This document shows, one piece after another, positions 1 to 10,148 of a DNA stretch of 64,000 nucleotides. Position 1 is the first letter of the stretch, and each line of letters begins with the position of its first letter. The stretch is from an uncultured Gammaproteobacteria bacterium. GTDB taxonomy: Bacteria > Pseudomonadota > Gammaproteobacteria > GCA-001735895. Below the pieces are notes generated by a model that did not search any database, was not told where the DNA came from, and saw only the letters and a list, made by a program, of their open reading frames with translations. The stretch spans positions 9,078-73,077 of the forward strand of contig CAJXUC010000006.1 in NCBI GenBank assembly GCA_913061315.1, given 5' to 3'. A program made the position numbers and the translations under genes.

Positions 1-100
1 TGTAGGCCTGACTCTTTTCCTATTTCAGAGTGACTATGCTTTAGGCATTACAGTCCATGTATGTTAAATTTAATTAACTTCAATCCAAGATAAATCACCA

Positions 101-988
101 TTGACCGAATATCTCACCACTAAAGAACTAGCTGAATTACTCCGCATTAAGGAACGTAAAGTTTACGATCTGGCAGCCTCTGGCAGCGTGCCCTGCTCTC
201 GTGCCACTGGAAAGTTATTATTCCCTAGAAACGCTGTCGATGCATGGCTAGAAAGTCACGAGTCTCGTGTTAGCCATCCATCTAAACCTAGACCATTGGT
301 TATTATTGGCAGCCACGACCCTTTATTAGAGTGGTCATTACGTGAATCCCGTTGTGGCTTGGCGAGCTACTTAGATAGCAGTCTTGATGGTTTGGACCGA
401 TTCGAACAAGGTGACGGAATTGCAACTGGACTTCACGTTTATAATGTAGAGTTAAATGACTGGAATACACCCTTGGTTAAGTCTCGTTTGTTTAATCAGA
501 ATTTTGCTAGTTCCGGTGTTGTTTTAGTGGAATGGGCCAAACGAGAGCGCGGCATGATTGTTAATCCAGATAAGGTTGAGGAATACCAGTCCTTGCTCGA
601 TATTAAAAGTAAAACGATGGTGCCAAGACAAGTAGAAGCGGGCAGCCAAGTATTACTTGAAGCATTGATGGCAGAACAATCAATTGATCCCGGCAGTCTA
701 CTCTGGACATCAGCAGCTCGAAGCGAGATGGATGCCGTTGTTGACGTTCTTGAAGGCAAAGCAGATTTAACCTTTGGATTAGCCACATTAGCCTCCCAGT
801 TCCGGCTTGGCTTTATTCCTGTTGTTGAGGAACGCTACGACTTGTTAGTCGATCGAAAAGCTTGGTTTGAACCAACGTGGCAAAAATTCATTCAATTCTG
901 TCAGTCTAAAGCCTTCGCTAACAGAGCTAACGAATTGACTGGTTATAATCTAACACAACAATTTCATGTTAATTTTAATAGTGAGTAA
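101..988 (+). CDS. Tungstate/molybdate-responsive regulator, TunR-like: N-terminal excisionase-type HTH fused to a periplasmic-binding-protein-like oxyanion-binding domain
   Basis: N-terminus MTEYLTTKELAELLRIKERKVYDL is a typical MerR/excisionase-family HTH; C-terminal 200 aa look like a PBP-like molybdate/tungstate-binding fold; divergent/convergent partner of tupBCA; TTG start. Confidence 0.55.
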   Translation: MTEYLTTKELAELLRIKERKVYDLAASGSVPCSRATGKLLFPRNAVDAWLESHESRVSHPSKPRPLVIIGSHDPLLEWSLRESRCGLASYLDSSLDGLDRFEQGDGIATGLHVYNVELNDWNTPLVKSRLFNQNFASSGVVLVEWAKRERGMIVNPDKVEEYQSLLDIKSKTMVPRQVEAGSQVLLEALMAEQSIDPGSLLWTSAARSEMDAVVDVLEGKADLTFGLATLASQFRLGFIPVVEERYDLLVDRKAWFEPTWQKFIQFCQSKAFANRANELTGYNLTQQFHVNFNSE

Positions 989-1799
989 GAGCGTTTGGGA
1001 AGAACAACTGCTGACCTTCAAGCTCATATTCAGCAATAACATCCCGACCCTTTCTAGATAGCATCCAGTCTATCAATTTTTTTGCCTGAACTGATTTCAC
1101 CTGAGGACACCTCTTTGGATTAATTTGAATGATGCCATACTGGTTAAACAAACTTTCATCACCTTCAACTTGTATTTTATAATCCTGTTTATTTTTAAAA
1201 CTAATCCAAGTAGCTCTATCCGTCATTGTATAAGCGCCTGAACCAACCGCAATATTAAGTGTAGCACCCATTCCCGAACCCGTTTCCAAATACCAGTGAC
1301 CACTCGACTGCTGTGGCTTGATTCGAGCTGCATTCCATAGCGACACTTCTTTTTTATGGGTTCCTGAATTATCAGCTCTTGAAGCAAATTGAGACTGGCT
1401 CATGGCAATATTGGCTAATGCAATGGTTGCCAACTGGCCACCTGAAATTTTAGCAGGGTCTTCTGGTGGCCCGACCAATATGAAGTCGTTATACATGACG
1501 TCATATCGTGCGATGCCAAAACCTTCAGAAACAAATTTTTGCTCGGCCAACTTCGCGTGTACCAGCAAAACATCCCCATCACAGTTTTTCGCGTTTTTAA
1601 TCGCCTGACCGGTACCAACGGCAACAACATGTACGGTTATTCCCGTTTCTTTTTTAAATATTGGCAGCAGATGATCATATAAACCTGAATTCGCTGTCGA
1701 TGTGGTTGACTGCAGTATAATTGACGATTCATCCGCACGCGCATCGCTCACACTCATGTGGATAGAGAGGACTATTAGGAATATCTTGAAACACTGCAT
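975..1799 (-). CDS. tupA: Tungstate ABC transporter substrate-binding protein
   Basis: Signal peptide; TupA-like motif STTSTANSGLYDHLLP; ~270 aa periplasmic binding protein; last gene of the tupBCA order on the minus strand. Confidence 0.7.
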   Translation of the reverse strand: MQCFKIFLIVLSIHMSVSDARADESSIILQSTTSTANSGLYDHLLPIFKKETGITVHVVAVGTGQAIKNAKNCDGDVLLVHAKLAEQKFVSEGFGIARYDVMYNDFILVGPPEDPAKISGGQLATIALANIAMSQSQFASRADNSGTHKKEVSLWNAARIKPQQSSGHWYLETGSGMGATLNIAVGSGAYTMTDRATWISFKNKQDYKIQVEGDESLFNQYGIIQINPKRCPQVKSVQAKKLIDWMLSRKGRDVIAEYELEGQQLFFPNALTHY

Positions 1800-1863
1800 T
1801 TAGTATGCCCTTTTAGGCGTTAAAACTTAAAAATAGGGGTTGAAGTTAGGGTAGCTTATGTAA

Positions 1864-2616
1864 TTAAAACAATAAACGGCCTTCGAGATAAGCCTTAGCC
1901 GGCTCACTTGATGGGTGGTTAAAAAATTCATTCGATACGCTATGCTCAATCAATCTTCCACCATGCATAAACATGACATCATCAGCTAGTCGGCGAGCCT
2001 GTGCTATGTCATGGGTGACCAAAAATATTTTTACTCCCTTGTCACGAGCTAACTCTAATCGAGTTTCGATTTGAAAAGTAGTCGCAGCATCTAGACTAGC
2101 CGTTGGCTCGTCAAGTAGCAGCACTTCTGGTTTGGTAGCTAATGCCCTTGCCAGCGCCAACCTTTGTTGCTCGCCACCCGATAATAGCCTAGCTGGCTGG
2201 TTTCGTTGATCGAACAAACCCGCCTCGTGTAAAACGGCGTCACGTTGTTGAATCAAATCGGATGTTCTTGGTTTCAGTATAGACTTGCTCAGCACGAATT
2301 CTATATTGGCTGACACTGAGCGTTTTAATAAAATCGGTTTTTGAAAAACCAGTGCCTGACGTTTACGTATCACTAAATCTAGCACTTGATCGTTCCATTT
2401 AATGGTTTGTTGTTCAGATGGAAGTAAACCGTGCAACAAACGAACAAACAAACTTTTACCCGCACCATTTGCGCCCAAAACCACACTCACGCCTGTTGAG
2501 TTAACGGTCGCATTGATGTTGTCGAGTAATAGTTTTTCATTCACCTTATAACTAAGGTTTTGGACCACTAAAGGCAATAGCGATAAAGGCTGCATCGAGG
2601 ATTTGAACTTAATCAT
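1864..2616 (-). CDS. tupC: Tungstate ABC transporter ATP-binding protein (ORF track start 2688 overlaps tupB; Met at 2616 more likely)
   Basis: Walker A GANGAGKS, ABC signature LSGGEQQRLALARAL, Walker B LLLDEPT. Confidence 0.7.
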   Translation of the reverse strand: MIKFKSSMQPLSLLPLVVQNLSYKVNEKLLLDNINATVNSTGVSVVLGANGAGKSLFVRLLHGLLPSEQQTIKWNDQVLDLVIRKRQALVFQKPILLKRSVSANIEFVLSKSILKPRTSDLIQQRDAVLHEAGLFDQRNQPARLLSGGEQQRLALARALATKPEVLLLDEPTASLDAATTFQIETRLELARDKGVKIFLVTHDIAQARRLADDVMFMHGGRLIEHSVSNEFFNHPSSEPAKAYLEGRLLF

Positions 2617-2620
2617 AATA

Positions 2621-3328
2621 TCAAGTATGGGCTGAACGATGCGCACTGTTGCGCAAAATATAAGCAGCTGCATTAATAGACAATGCAAGAATTAACAAAA
2701 TGATTCCCAGAGCCAGGGCCAATGACAGGTCACCCTTAGAGGTTTCGAGTGCTATTGCAGTCGTCATAACACGAGTCAGATGGTCAATATTGCCACCCAC
2801 CACGATGACCGCCCCAACCTCAGCAATGGCACGACCAAAGCCTGCCAGTACAACGGTGATTAAACTATATCGAGCATCCCAAATAAGCGTCATCACAATA
2901 CGTGACTCAGGCAAACAAAACGAACGGAGCTGTTCGTCATATTCTTTATGTAAGTCTTCGATTATCTGCCGAGTTAGTGCAGCAATAATAGGTGTGATTA
3001 AGATGCTTTGAGCGATGATCATCGCAGTAGGTGAATATAATAGATTCATCCAACCGAGTGGGCCCGCACGTGAAATCACCAAATAAACCAGAAGACCAAC
3101 CACAACAGGTGGTAGGCCCATCAATGCATTTAAGGTAACAGCCAACACTTGCCTACCGGGAAATCGAACGACCGCAGTCACTGCACCAAGTGGAAAACCA
3201 ACCGCAACGGAAAAAAAAACCGCACTGAAACTAACGGACAGAGACAAGCCGATTATCTCGATTAAATCAGCATCAGCATTAAAAATTAATGAGAACGCTA
3301 AACTAAAGGCTGTAGAAAAATCTTGCAT
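2621..3328 (-). CDS. tupB: Tungstate ABC transporter permease
   Basis: 235 aa polytopic membrane protein with the ABC permease EAA-like region; adjacent to tupC/tupA. Confidence 0.65.
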   Translation of the reverse strand: MQDFSTAFSLAFSLIFNADADLIEIIGLSLSVSFSAVFFSVAVGFPLGAVTAVVRFPGRQVLAVTLNALMGLPPVVVGLLVYLVISRAGPLGWMNLLYSPTAMIIAQSILITPIIAALTRQIIEDLHKEYDEQLRSFCLPESRIVMTLIWDARYSLITVVLAGFGRAIAEVGAVIVVGGNIDHLTRVMTTAIALETSKGDLSLALALGIILLILALSINAAAYILRNSAHRSAHT

Positions 3329-3413
3329 AGAAACTTAATAGCTGCATTTTTTACTAATTCTATATATATTTAGTAAATTATGCAATTTACTGGAAGCTTC
3401 AACCCTAAGTTGA

Positions 3414-4358
3414 CTACAACCAACCAGAGCGCATTAAATATAAAAATGTGGTTACCGTTAGCATAGCTAACAAAGTCGATATTACTATCGTACTAGAGGC
3501 CCTTTCTTGCCAAACGCCATATTGTTCAGCCAATACAAATACATTCGTCGCTGTGGGTAAAGTCGCCAACAATACAGCGCTATACAGCCATATGGGATTA
3601 AGTTCAGGTACTAGCCAAACCAATAAACCGTAAACTAAAAAAGGGTGCAGAATAAGTTTTATTGGAATGATGTAGCCAAGTGCCACAGGGACGCGTTTAA
3701 GTGGACGCAACGCTGCACTAATACCCATTGCAAATAGGGCACAAGGCCCTGCAGTTTTTGATAATAGATCGAATGTTTGGTCAGCAAACGCGGGTAATTT
3801 ATAAGAAAAAACCGATGCCAATACACCCGCTATTGTTGCAATAATAAAAGGATGAGTGAAGATTTTGACCATGATGTGCCTAACCAATGCGAATTTTGTT
3901 TGTTTGTTACTATTACCCAGCGCCATGAACAAAGGTGCAACAATAAAATGCATCGCGTTTTCAAAGCAAAAGATAAGAGCCACCGGAACTCCAGCGGCAG
4001 GCCCAAATGCAGCCAGCCCAAGCGGTATACCCATATAGCCAATATTGCCATAAGCGGCAGCAAGCCCCTGAATGGTGGCTTCAGACTGTTGACTTTTTCG
4101 CCACCTAGCAATCAGATATACCAAAAGAAATATAGCAAACGTGCTGCCTATGGAAATCAGAATAAAGCCAATTTGAGTAAACTGGCTGACCGGTGTTCTG
4201 GATAAAAGCTGATAAAACAGGGCTGGTAAAGCCACGTAGATAATATAAAAATTCATCCACCCCAAACCTTCAATGGGAAGTCGAGCCAATTTACCCGCAA
4301 CAAAACCAAGAACGATAATGGCAAATAGAGGCAATACGAGTTCAATAACAGCGAGCAT
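3414..4358 (-). CDS. AEC (auxin efflux carrier) family transporter
   Basis: 314 aa, about 10 TM helices, typical AEC N- and C-terminal repeats. Confidence 0.6.
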   Translation of the reverse strand: MLAVIELVLPLFAIIVLGFVAGKLARLPIEGLGWMNFYIIYVALPALFYQLLSRTPVSQFTQIGFILISIGSTFAIFLLVYLIARWRKSQQSEATIQGLAAAYGNIGYMGIPLGLAAFGPAAGVPVALIFCFENAMHFIVAPLFMALGNSNKQTKFALVRHIMVKIFTHPFIIATIAGVLASVFSYKLPAFADQTFDLLSKTAGPCALFAMGISAALRPLKRVPVALGYIIPIKLILHPFLVYGLLVWLVPELNPIWLYSAVLLATLPTATNVFVLAEQYGVWQERASSTIVISTLLAMLTVTTFLYLMRSGWL

Positions 4359-5160
4359 TTAATCTTTCCTGAATTTGCCTAATTACATATTAATAACTAC
4401 ACCAAGATAATTTATCTCAAAATCCTAGATGCGGTTATATGACTTGAGGTGGAAGAGGACCCAATCTTTTTTGATACCTAGCTAACGACTGCATAATGTA
4501 GAGCTCGACAAATTTTGAAATAGCAGCCTAAGATTCGTTAACAAACCTTTACTTTGATTGAGCTAAATGTCATTTCATTGATACACATATTACTGTTATT
4601 CGTTATGTTTAATTTTTTTAACAACCCAAAGAAATATAACACACCTCGCTTTATAGCCACTGGTCAGAGAGCCAGGCCTATGAGCCATCCATTAAGCCAT
4701 AATGTTGACACCAATAAAGGTCTTGATTTTCAAACAACAATGGCCGGCACAGCCTTTTTATTATTGCGTTTGTTGCCGCTTTGCGTTTTTTCATAACGCC
4801 GAGGACTTTAGTTTAAGGCTGGGGCAGAGAAATACTTGCTTTAACAATGACCTAGCCAATGGGTGCTGCGGGTTGACAAAACCCGTTGCTGGAATGCTTG
4901 CAGACCTTTTAAGGGATTTGATTAGGTGGTCGGATAATTGATTTCCATCAAGACAACACACCCATGTGGTAGTGGGTGATGGGCTTTGGTGTGTTAGCGC
5001 AGTTTTACATATGGAAATTAATGAACGCCTAGTGACAATAGCTAACTATCAGTCAAAATAAATCAACTTAATCAATAATTGCCTGTAATGTTGACCCCAT
5101 TTATTTCAACCTCTAAGCCTTGCCCTTGTATTATTTTCCTGCCAAGAATCAGCCTCTTGA

Positions 5161-5526
5161 TTAACCAGCAATCATATAAATTTTGCGTAACGTCTCAGTA
5201 ATATGCCAAGTGCATTGAGCACCCTTAGGGATAAAGAAGACATCACCAGCAGTAAACGTTTCTGACTTTCCTTTTTTATTAGTCAATGTCACTGAGCCCG
5301 AAATAATAGTCATCATTTCATGTACTGGATAGCTTTCGATTTCTTCTTTGCAGGGTGCACATTCCCATACACCCGCTAAAACGTTTTTATCACCTGATGC
5401 AAAATATGATTGGTTTAGTTCGGTCTGATCATCAGTAGTAAATGCGTCTAATTCGACCATACTAGAAGGTTCAACTTCTACCAAAGAATCGTTTCCCGAC
5501 AGTATTCTCATAAATGTATCGTTCAT
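5161..5526 (-). CDS. Cupin domain protein (cupin_3/DUF861-like)
   Basis: 121 aa; small beta-barrel cupin signature region GDVFFIPKGAQCTWHI. Confidence 0.5.
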   Translation of the reverse strand: MNDTFMRILSGNDSLVEVEPSSMVELDAFTTDDQTELNQSYFASGDKNVLAGVWECAPCKEEIESYPVHEMMTIISGSVTLTNKKGKSETFTAGDVFFIPKGAQCTWHITETLRKIYMIAG

Positions 5527-5839
5527 TATATTTTCTCCTAGATTATTTTTTAACTGGCCTATAACGGAGCTATTACTAGTCGACCCTATGAGTCCAAAAT
5601 ATACTTAGTATTTTAATCTGATTACTTTTTTTCTTCACCTAAATGTTAGAAATAACATTAGCATACGCTGGATACTAGTTCACCATTGTAATGAATTATT
5701 AAAAGTAGGCTCTATTCCTTAACTTTTCATTAAGCCCACTTTTTAACCAATGGTTACGGTTCATCGAAAAAATTTAGTCAGTAGTACCACGACCCAAACC
5801 CTATTAAACTCATGCTATAGTCAAACTTTGGACCACTAG

Positions 5840-6730
5840 ATGACAATTTCTGAGTATGCTTCAAAACTAAGTTTACCGCAGGTTAATCCTGGCGTAACAA
5901 CAGTGCTGGAATACCTGATCATCAAGTTTCCTTATATTAATGCTCAGATTTGGCAGCAACGCATTGCAGATGGAAAAGTGCATTGGCACGACGGTTCATT
6001 GATAACAGACCAATCATTGTTTCAGGCACAACAACGAGTCTACTATTACAGAGAGGTTGAGAGTGAGCCCAGCATTCCTTTTAAGGAAACTATACTGTTT
6101 CAGGATGAACATATTTTAGTGGCTTATAAACCCCACTTTTTAACAGTAACTCCCGGTGGTGTTTATGTGAATGAGTGTTTACAAAACCGATTACGCCGCA
6201 GCACTGGCATTGAGGCTTTACAAGCATTACACCGTTTAGACAGAGTGACAGCTGGTTTAGTAATGTTCTCTACTAATTTGCATACTCGCAATCAGTATCA
6301 TGATTTGTTTCGAACCCGAAAAATACTCAAAACATATCAAGCCATTGCCAACATTAGTGGTGATGAAAAAATTATAGGCCAGACATGGGAAGTTAAAAAC
6401 CGTATTGTTCATTGCGAACCACGTTTTAGAATGTGTGTGGTCGAAGGCGAAGCCAATAGCCATTCTGTGATTCGATGCTTACAGCAATCAGATCATCAGG
6501 CATTGTTTGAATTGAATCCTGTGACGGGTAAAACTCACCAATTACGTGTGCACATGCAGACACTAGGCCATCCCATACTGAACGACAACTACTACCCAAA
6601 TTTAAAGGCACTATCAGCAGATGACTATTCAGCACCTTTGCAGTTACTGGCAATGAAGCTTCAATTTAATGATCCAGTCACTCAGCTACCAAGGCGTTTT
6701 AGTTATGAAAGTCACTTATCACTAAGCTAA
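5840..6730 (+). CDS. RluA-family pseudouridine synthase
   Basis: Catalytic motif HRLDRVTAGLVMF (HRLDxxTSG of RluA/TruC family); 296 aa. Confidence 0.7.
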   Translation: MTISEYASKLSLPQVNPGVTTVLEYLIIKFPYINAQIWQQRIADGKVHWHDGSLITDQSLFQAQQRVYYYREVESEPSIPFKETILFQDEHILVAYKPHFLTVTPGGVYVNECLQNRLRRSTGIEALQALHRLDRVTAGLVMFSTNLHTRNQYHDLFRTRKILKTYQAIANISGDEKIIGQTWEVKNRIVHCEPRFRMCVVEGEANSHSVIRCLQQSDHQALFELNPVTGKTHQLRVHMQTLGHPILNDNYYPNLKALSADDYSAPLQLLAMKLQFNDPVTQLPRRFSYESHLSLS

Positions 6731-6832
6731 GGCAGGGAGAGAGGGAGGCAGGCGTAAAAAATTTAATTTTTAAAAAAACATAAAGGCTAACGCATTGAAT
6801 AAGTAAACCAGAATTTATCCTAATGAAGTAAC

Positions 6833-7270
6833 TTAATGGCTTACCTTGTCCCAAATTAAGAACGCCAAAGTAATCGAACCATTGAGTGTAAGCAGCCAGA
6901 CGAATGCGCCGCTGTTCAATATCACTGTCAACCAAAAAACAGTACGGAATGATTGTTTCTTAGTCTTGTGCCGAAACGTTTGCTGCGCGATCATTGCACC
7001 AGGCCAACCACCCACTAATGCTAAAAGGTGCAGGGTACTTTCTTGCGTTCTCAACGCTCCAGCTTTGGCTGTCGATTTATCTAAAGCATACATAACGAAG
7101 GTCACTAAACTGGTAGCAACATATAGCACCAAAATTAGGGAGGATATTTTAGTTAGAATAACAGAGACGGTAACAATAATTAAAAAGCAAATGGCAATAA
7201 AAATAAGAAAAACAGAGGCGGTGAGTAATTTTGAAAACAGTATATTGTTATGGAATATTACCTTCTTCAT
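6833..7270 (-). CDS. DUF1294 membrane protein
   Basis: YALDKSTAKAGALRTQESTLHLLALVGGWPGAMIAQQTFRHKTKKQSFRTVFW matches the conserved DUF1294 core; probable start at the internal MKKVIF. Confidence 0.55.
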   Translation of the reverse strand: MKKVIFHNNILFSKLLTASVFLIFIAICFLIIVTVSVILTKISSLILVLYVATSLVTFVMYALDKSTAKAGALRTQESTLHLLALVGGWPGAMIAQQTFRHKTKKQSFRTVFWLTVILNSGAFVWLLTLNGSITLAFLIWDKVSH

Positions 7271-8134
7271 ATTAAGGATATTTATATGTAATTGAATATA
7301 TGTGGCATTCATTCTCACACGAAAATAAAGTTTCTACAGCATCTAATCTAAAGCGCATAGCATTGGAGCTATCTTTTCTGGCAATATAAATAGGACTCCT
7401 ATAGTTTTTGCAACACACCTTCACTTTAAAATCGTTAGTCTCAAATTCTTTAATATAATCTGGTCCGATAAACGTTAATTTCCTCAAATCAACTGGATTA
7501 TTAGTAACAAAAGCCTCCTTGTTCTGACGAATACTGAGGACAATGGGAAATAGAAATTTCTGAAAGATTCAATCGCATCTATAGCTGACCTTATTGCATA
7601 AACATTAACAACTAATCATCAGACAGCCATTTATTATTCATAAATACCATTAAGGGATTAGGAACATTGTTATCAATAGAATGAACGAACTTGACATTTT
7701 TTAAGACCCTATGGGCATTGATGAGGAACAAAAATACGATGTTTTAGCAACCCAAAACTACTTGGAAACACCTGTTAAAATCAAATCTATCACCAAGTCT
7801 TTGGTATTCCTGAAAAAAAAGTTGCAAAGAAGAATAGGACAATCTAAAAAAAATTTTATTTACAAAGCGAATTTTGACTAAGATGAGAACATACTAACCT
7901 AATGGATCAAAATTCAGCTAGGCTATTATTAACATTAGGGTCTTAGGGGATGTCTATTAGTAGTAAAAAGTTTCACACGCTCAAATTAACTATTCGTACT
8001 GTTTTCCAGTCTTTTCACACCCTTTTTTTGATACTAGTGAGATCCAAGTCAAACAATCTGTTCACCAATCCAACTCTAGTCAGATTATAATCAAAAAAAG
8101 AAAAAACATTAATTGACTCAATAGCGTTAAGGCA

Positions 8135-9700
8135 TCAGCCCTTTTTATCGTTATACTCGTTGCACAATGTCAAATAATATAACGCGGCAATATCACTAGG
8201 TACGCTCTTAACATATTTCTCAAAACGCCCTTTAGCAGAAGCATAAGATTTAACTTGAAAGTGTTTTACAGCGTCTTCGAAAAGTTCAATAGATTCATCA
8301 CTTACCCTATTTTTACCATCAGAATCAGTAGAAAAAATATCATAAAGCGTTACCGATTTAGCTTTTCCTTTTACCTTAACCTCTCCAATCAAACGATAAC
8401 GTAAGTCATCTTTTTGCTCCAAATTTTGTAACGCATACTCACTGATCAAGAACTGTGAACCAAAAATTTTTGTTTCGTTTTCTATACGTGCAGCTAAGTT
8501 CACAGCGTCGCTTATAACCGTGCCATCCATACGATTATCCTCACCAACTGTGCCTAGACGCAATTTACCACGGTGTACGCCCACGCCAATATTAAGATCG
8601 CTCGGTAAATTACTCACATTTTCAGTATTGTAACTTTTTAATACCTCAATCATTTGAAGACCTGCATTAACAGCATCATCAGTGTTATCAAATAAAGCCA
8701 TAATGCCATCACCAATATACTTATCGATAAAGCCATTATTGTGACGAATAATAGGCCCCATTACGCCCAAATAAGTATTAATAAATTTGAAACTTTCTTC
8801 AGGCGTCATGCCTTCAGATAATGTAGTAAATGAACGGATGTCAGAAAATAGAATAGTCATTTGCTTTTCGACATTATCACTTAACTCAACATCAATAATG
8901 CTTTGCTTATTGAGGTAGCTCAAAAATTCATGGGGTACGAAACGATTGTATGCCGTGTTCGTTAATGACAGCATGCGGATGGAAGTGCGCAGAGCTTGAA
9001 TAATTATATAAATAATCAACAATAAAATAATAAAACTGCTTACCATTGTAAAAAGTGTCATTAACCAGCCGTCTTGAGCAATATTATGAACTTGATTTAA
9101 TTCTATATTGACGACACGAGCCCCCCTAACATCTCCTACAGTCCAATCTTTTTTAGTGCTATTAGGATGACTGTTATGACAATTCACACAACTTTGAGCC
9201 ATGACTAAGGATTTGGAATAACGAAGTGTTAGCTGGTTGTTAATTGTTTCGTAGGCAATAAAGGGTAAAGTTTTATCATCTGAAAAGCGGAGATGACTTA
9301 AAGCACTGTGTTCATATTCATCTTTCGGACCTCCGTTTAACCGATTTTTGAAAGGAAAGTTACTATACAATCTAGTAGTCACACCACTTTCTTTTTCGGA
9401 AATTTTCTCAGCTAATTCAATACTAAAAGTGGCCGGCACCGGAATAGCGCCAGGTATATCTTTGTATTCAGCACTTACTACTATGCCTGCTATTTTTGCA
9501 CGCGTGACAACGTCTGTAGAGTATAAGCTATGAAATGTATTCAAAGCTATTAAGTACGAGTCTGCGTATTTCAATGAAAGTTCTTTATTGATACTTCTGG
9601 ATAAATACACCATGTTGCCAAAAATAGCCCCCCCACCAAAAATACATAAGATAAAAATGGTTATTAGTGGCCGTTTATGAATAAAATTTAAATATTTCAT
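8135..9700 (-). CDS. Class III adenylate/guanylate cyclase with N-terminal periplasmic sensor domain carrying a CXXCH c-type heme motif (DUF3365-like)
   Basis: TM1 - about 190 aa periplasmic domain with CVNCH - TM2 - cyclase homology domain (FSDIRSFTTLSE, YIGDGIMALF, GVHRGKLRLGTVG, NLAARIE). Confidence 0.75.
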   Translation of the reverse strand: MKYLNFIHKRPLITIFILCIFGGGAIFGNMVYLSRSINKELSLKYADSYLIALNTFHSLYSTDVVTRAKIAGIVVSAEYKDIPGAIPVPATFSIELAEKISEKESGVTTRLYSNFPFKNRLNGGPKDEYEHSALSHLRFSDDKTLPFIAYETINNQLTLRYSKSLVMAQSCVNCHNSHPNSTKKDWTVGDVRGARVVNIELNQVHNIAQDGWLMTLFTMVSSFIILLLIIYIIIQALRTSIRMLSLTNTAYNRFVPHEFLSYLNKQSIIDVELSDNVEKQMTILFSDIRSFTTLSEGMTPEESFKFINTYLGVMGPIIRHNNGFIDKYIGDGIMALFDNTDDAVNAGLQMIEVLKSYNTENVSNLPSDLNIGVGVHRGKLRLGTVGEDNRMDGTVISDAVNLAARIENETKIFGSQFLISEYALQNLEQKDDLRYRLIGEVKVKGKAKSVTLYDIFSTDSDGKNRVSDESIELFEDAVKHFQVKSYASAKGRFEKYVKSVPSDIAALYYLTLCNEYNDKKG

Positions 9701-10148
9701 TTTTAATCCCTAACAATAAAATATAGGTTATTACAGCTAACGGCTGTTATTAGTTTTTGGTACTTGAAATTCTTATTATGCAATGCGCTGATTTTTTCAC
9801 CTGCTAAAAAATCATCTCCACCACAGTCATCTAAAAAATACTTAAAAAAGTAGCCATTAAAAAAGTTCCTTCTGTATTTTCTTTCCATTTATATTATCTT
9901 ATTGATAATAATCTAAATGATTGCGATTTATTTTACGTCTGAGATCCACTAATTGAAGAGCGAAGCATAGGGGTTCCATGTGAACCGATTGCTATGAATA
10001 TGTTTATTAATGGACGGTAATGAGCTGGTAAACTGGGAGTTTTTTTGATTTTTTTTTGATAACGCCAGACAAGAAATCATTGGCGAAGAACAGTTTTTTT
10101 TTGCTTTGAAACTCCATTTTGAAACACTCCTTTTCGTCAGCAAGTATC

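Noticed and set aside
496-788. Antisense ORFs inside the TunR-like gene (96 and 61 aa)
   Set aside because: They lie fully inside a well-supported CDS on the opposite strand, with no motifs. Typical antisense ORFs.
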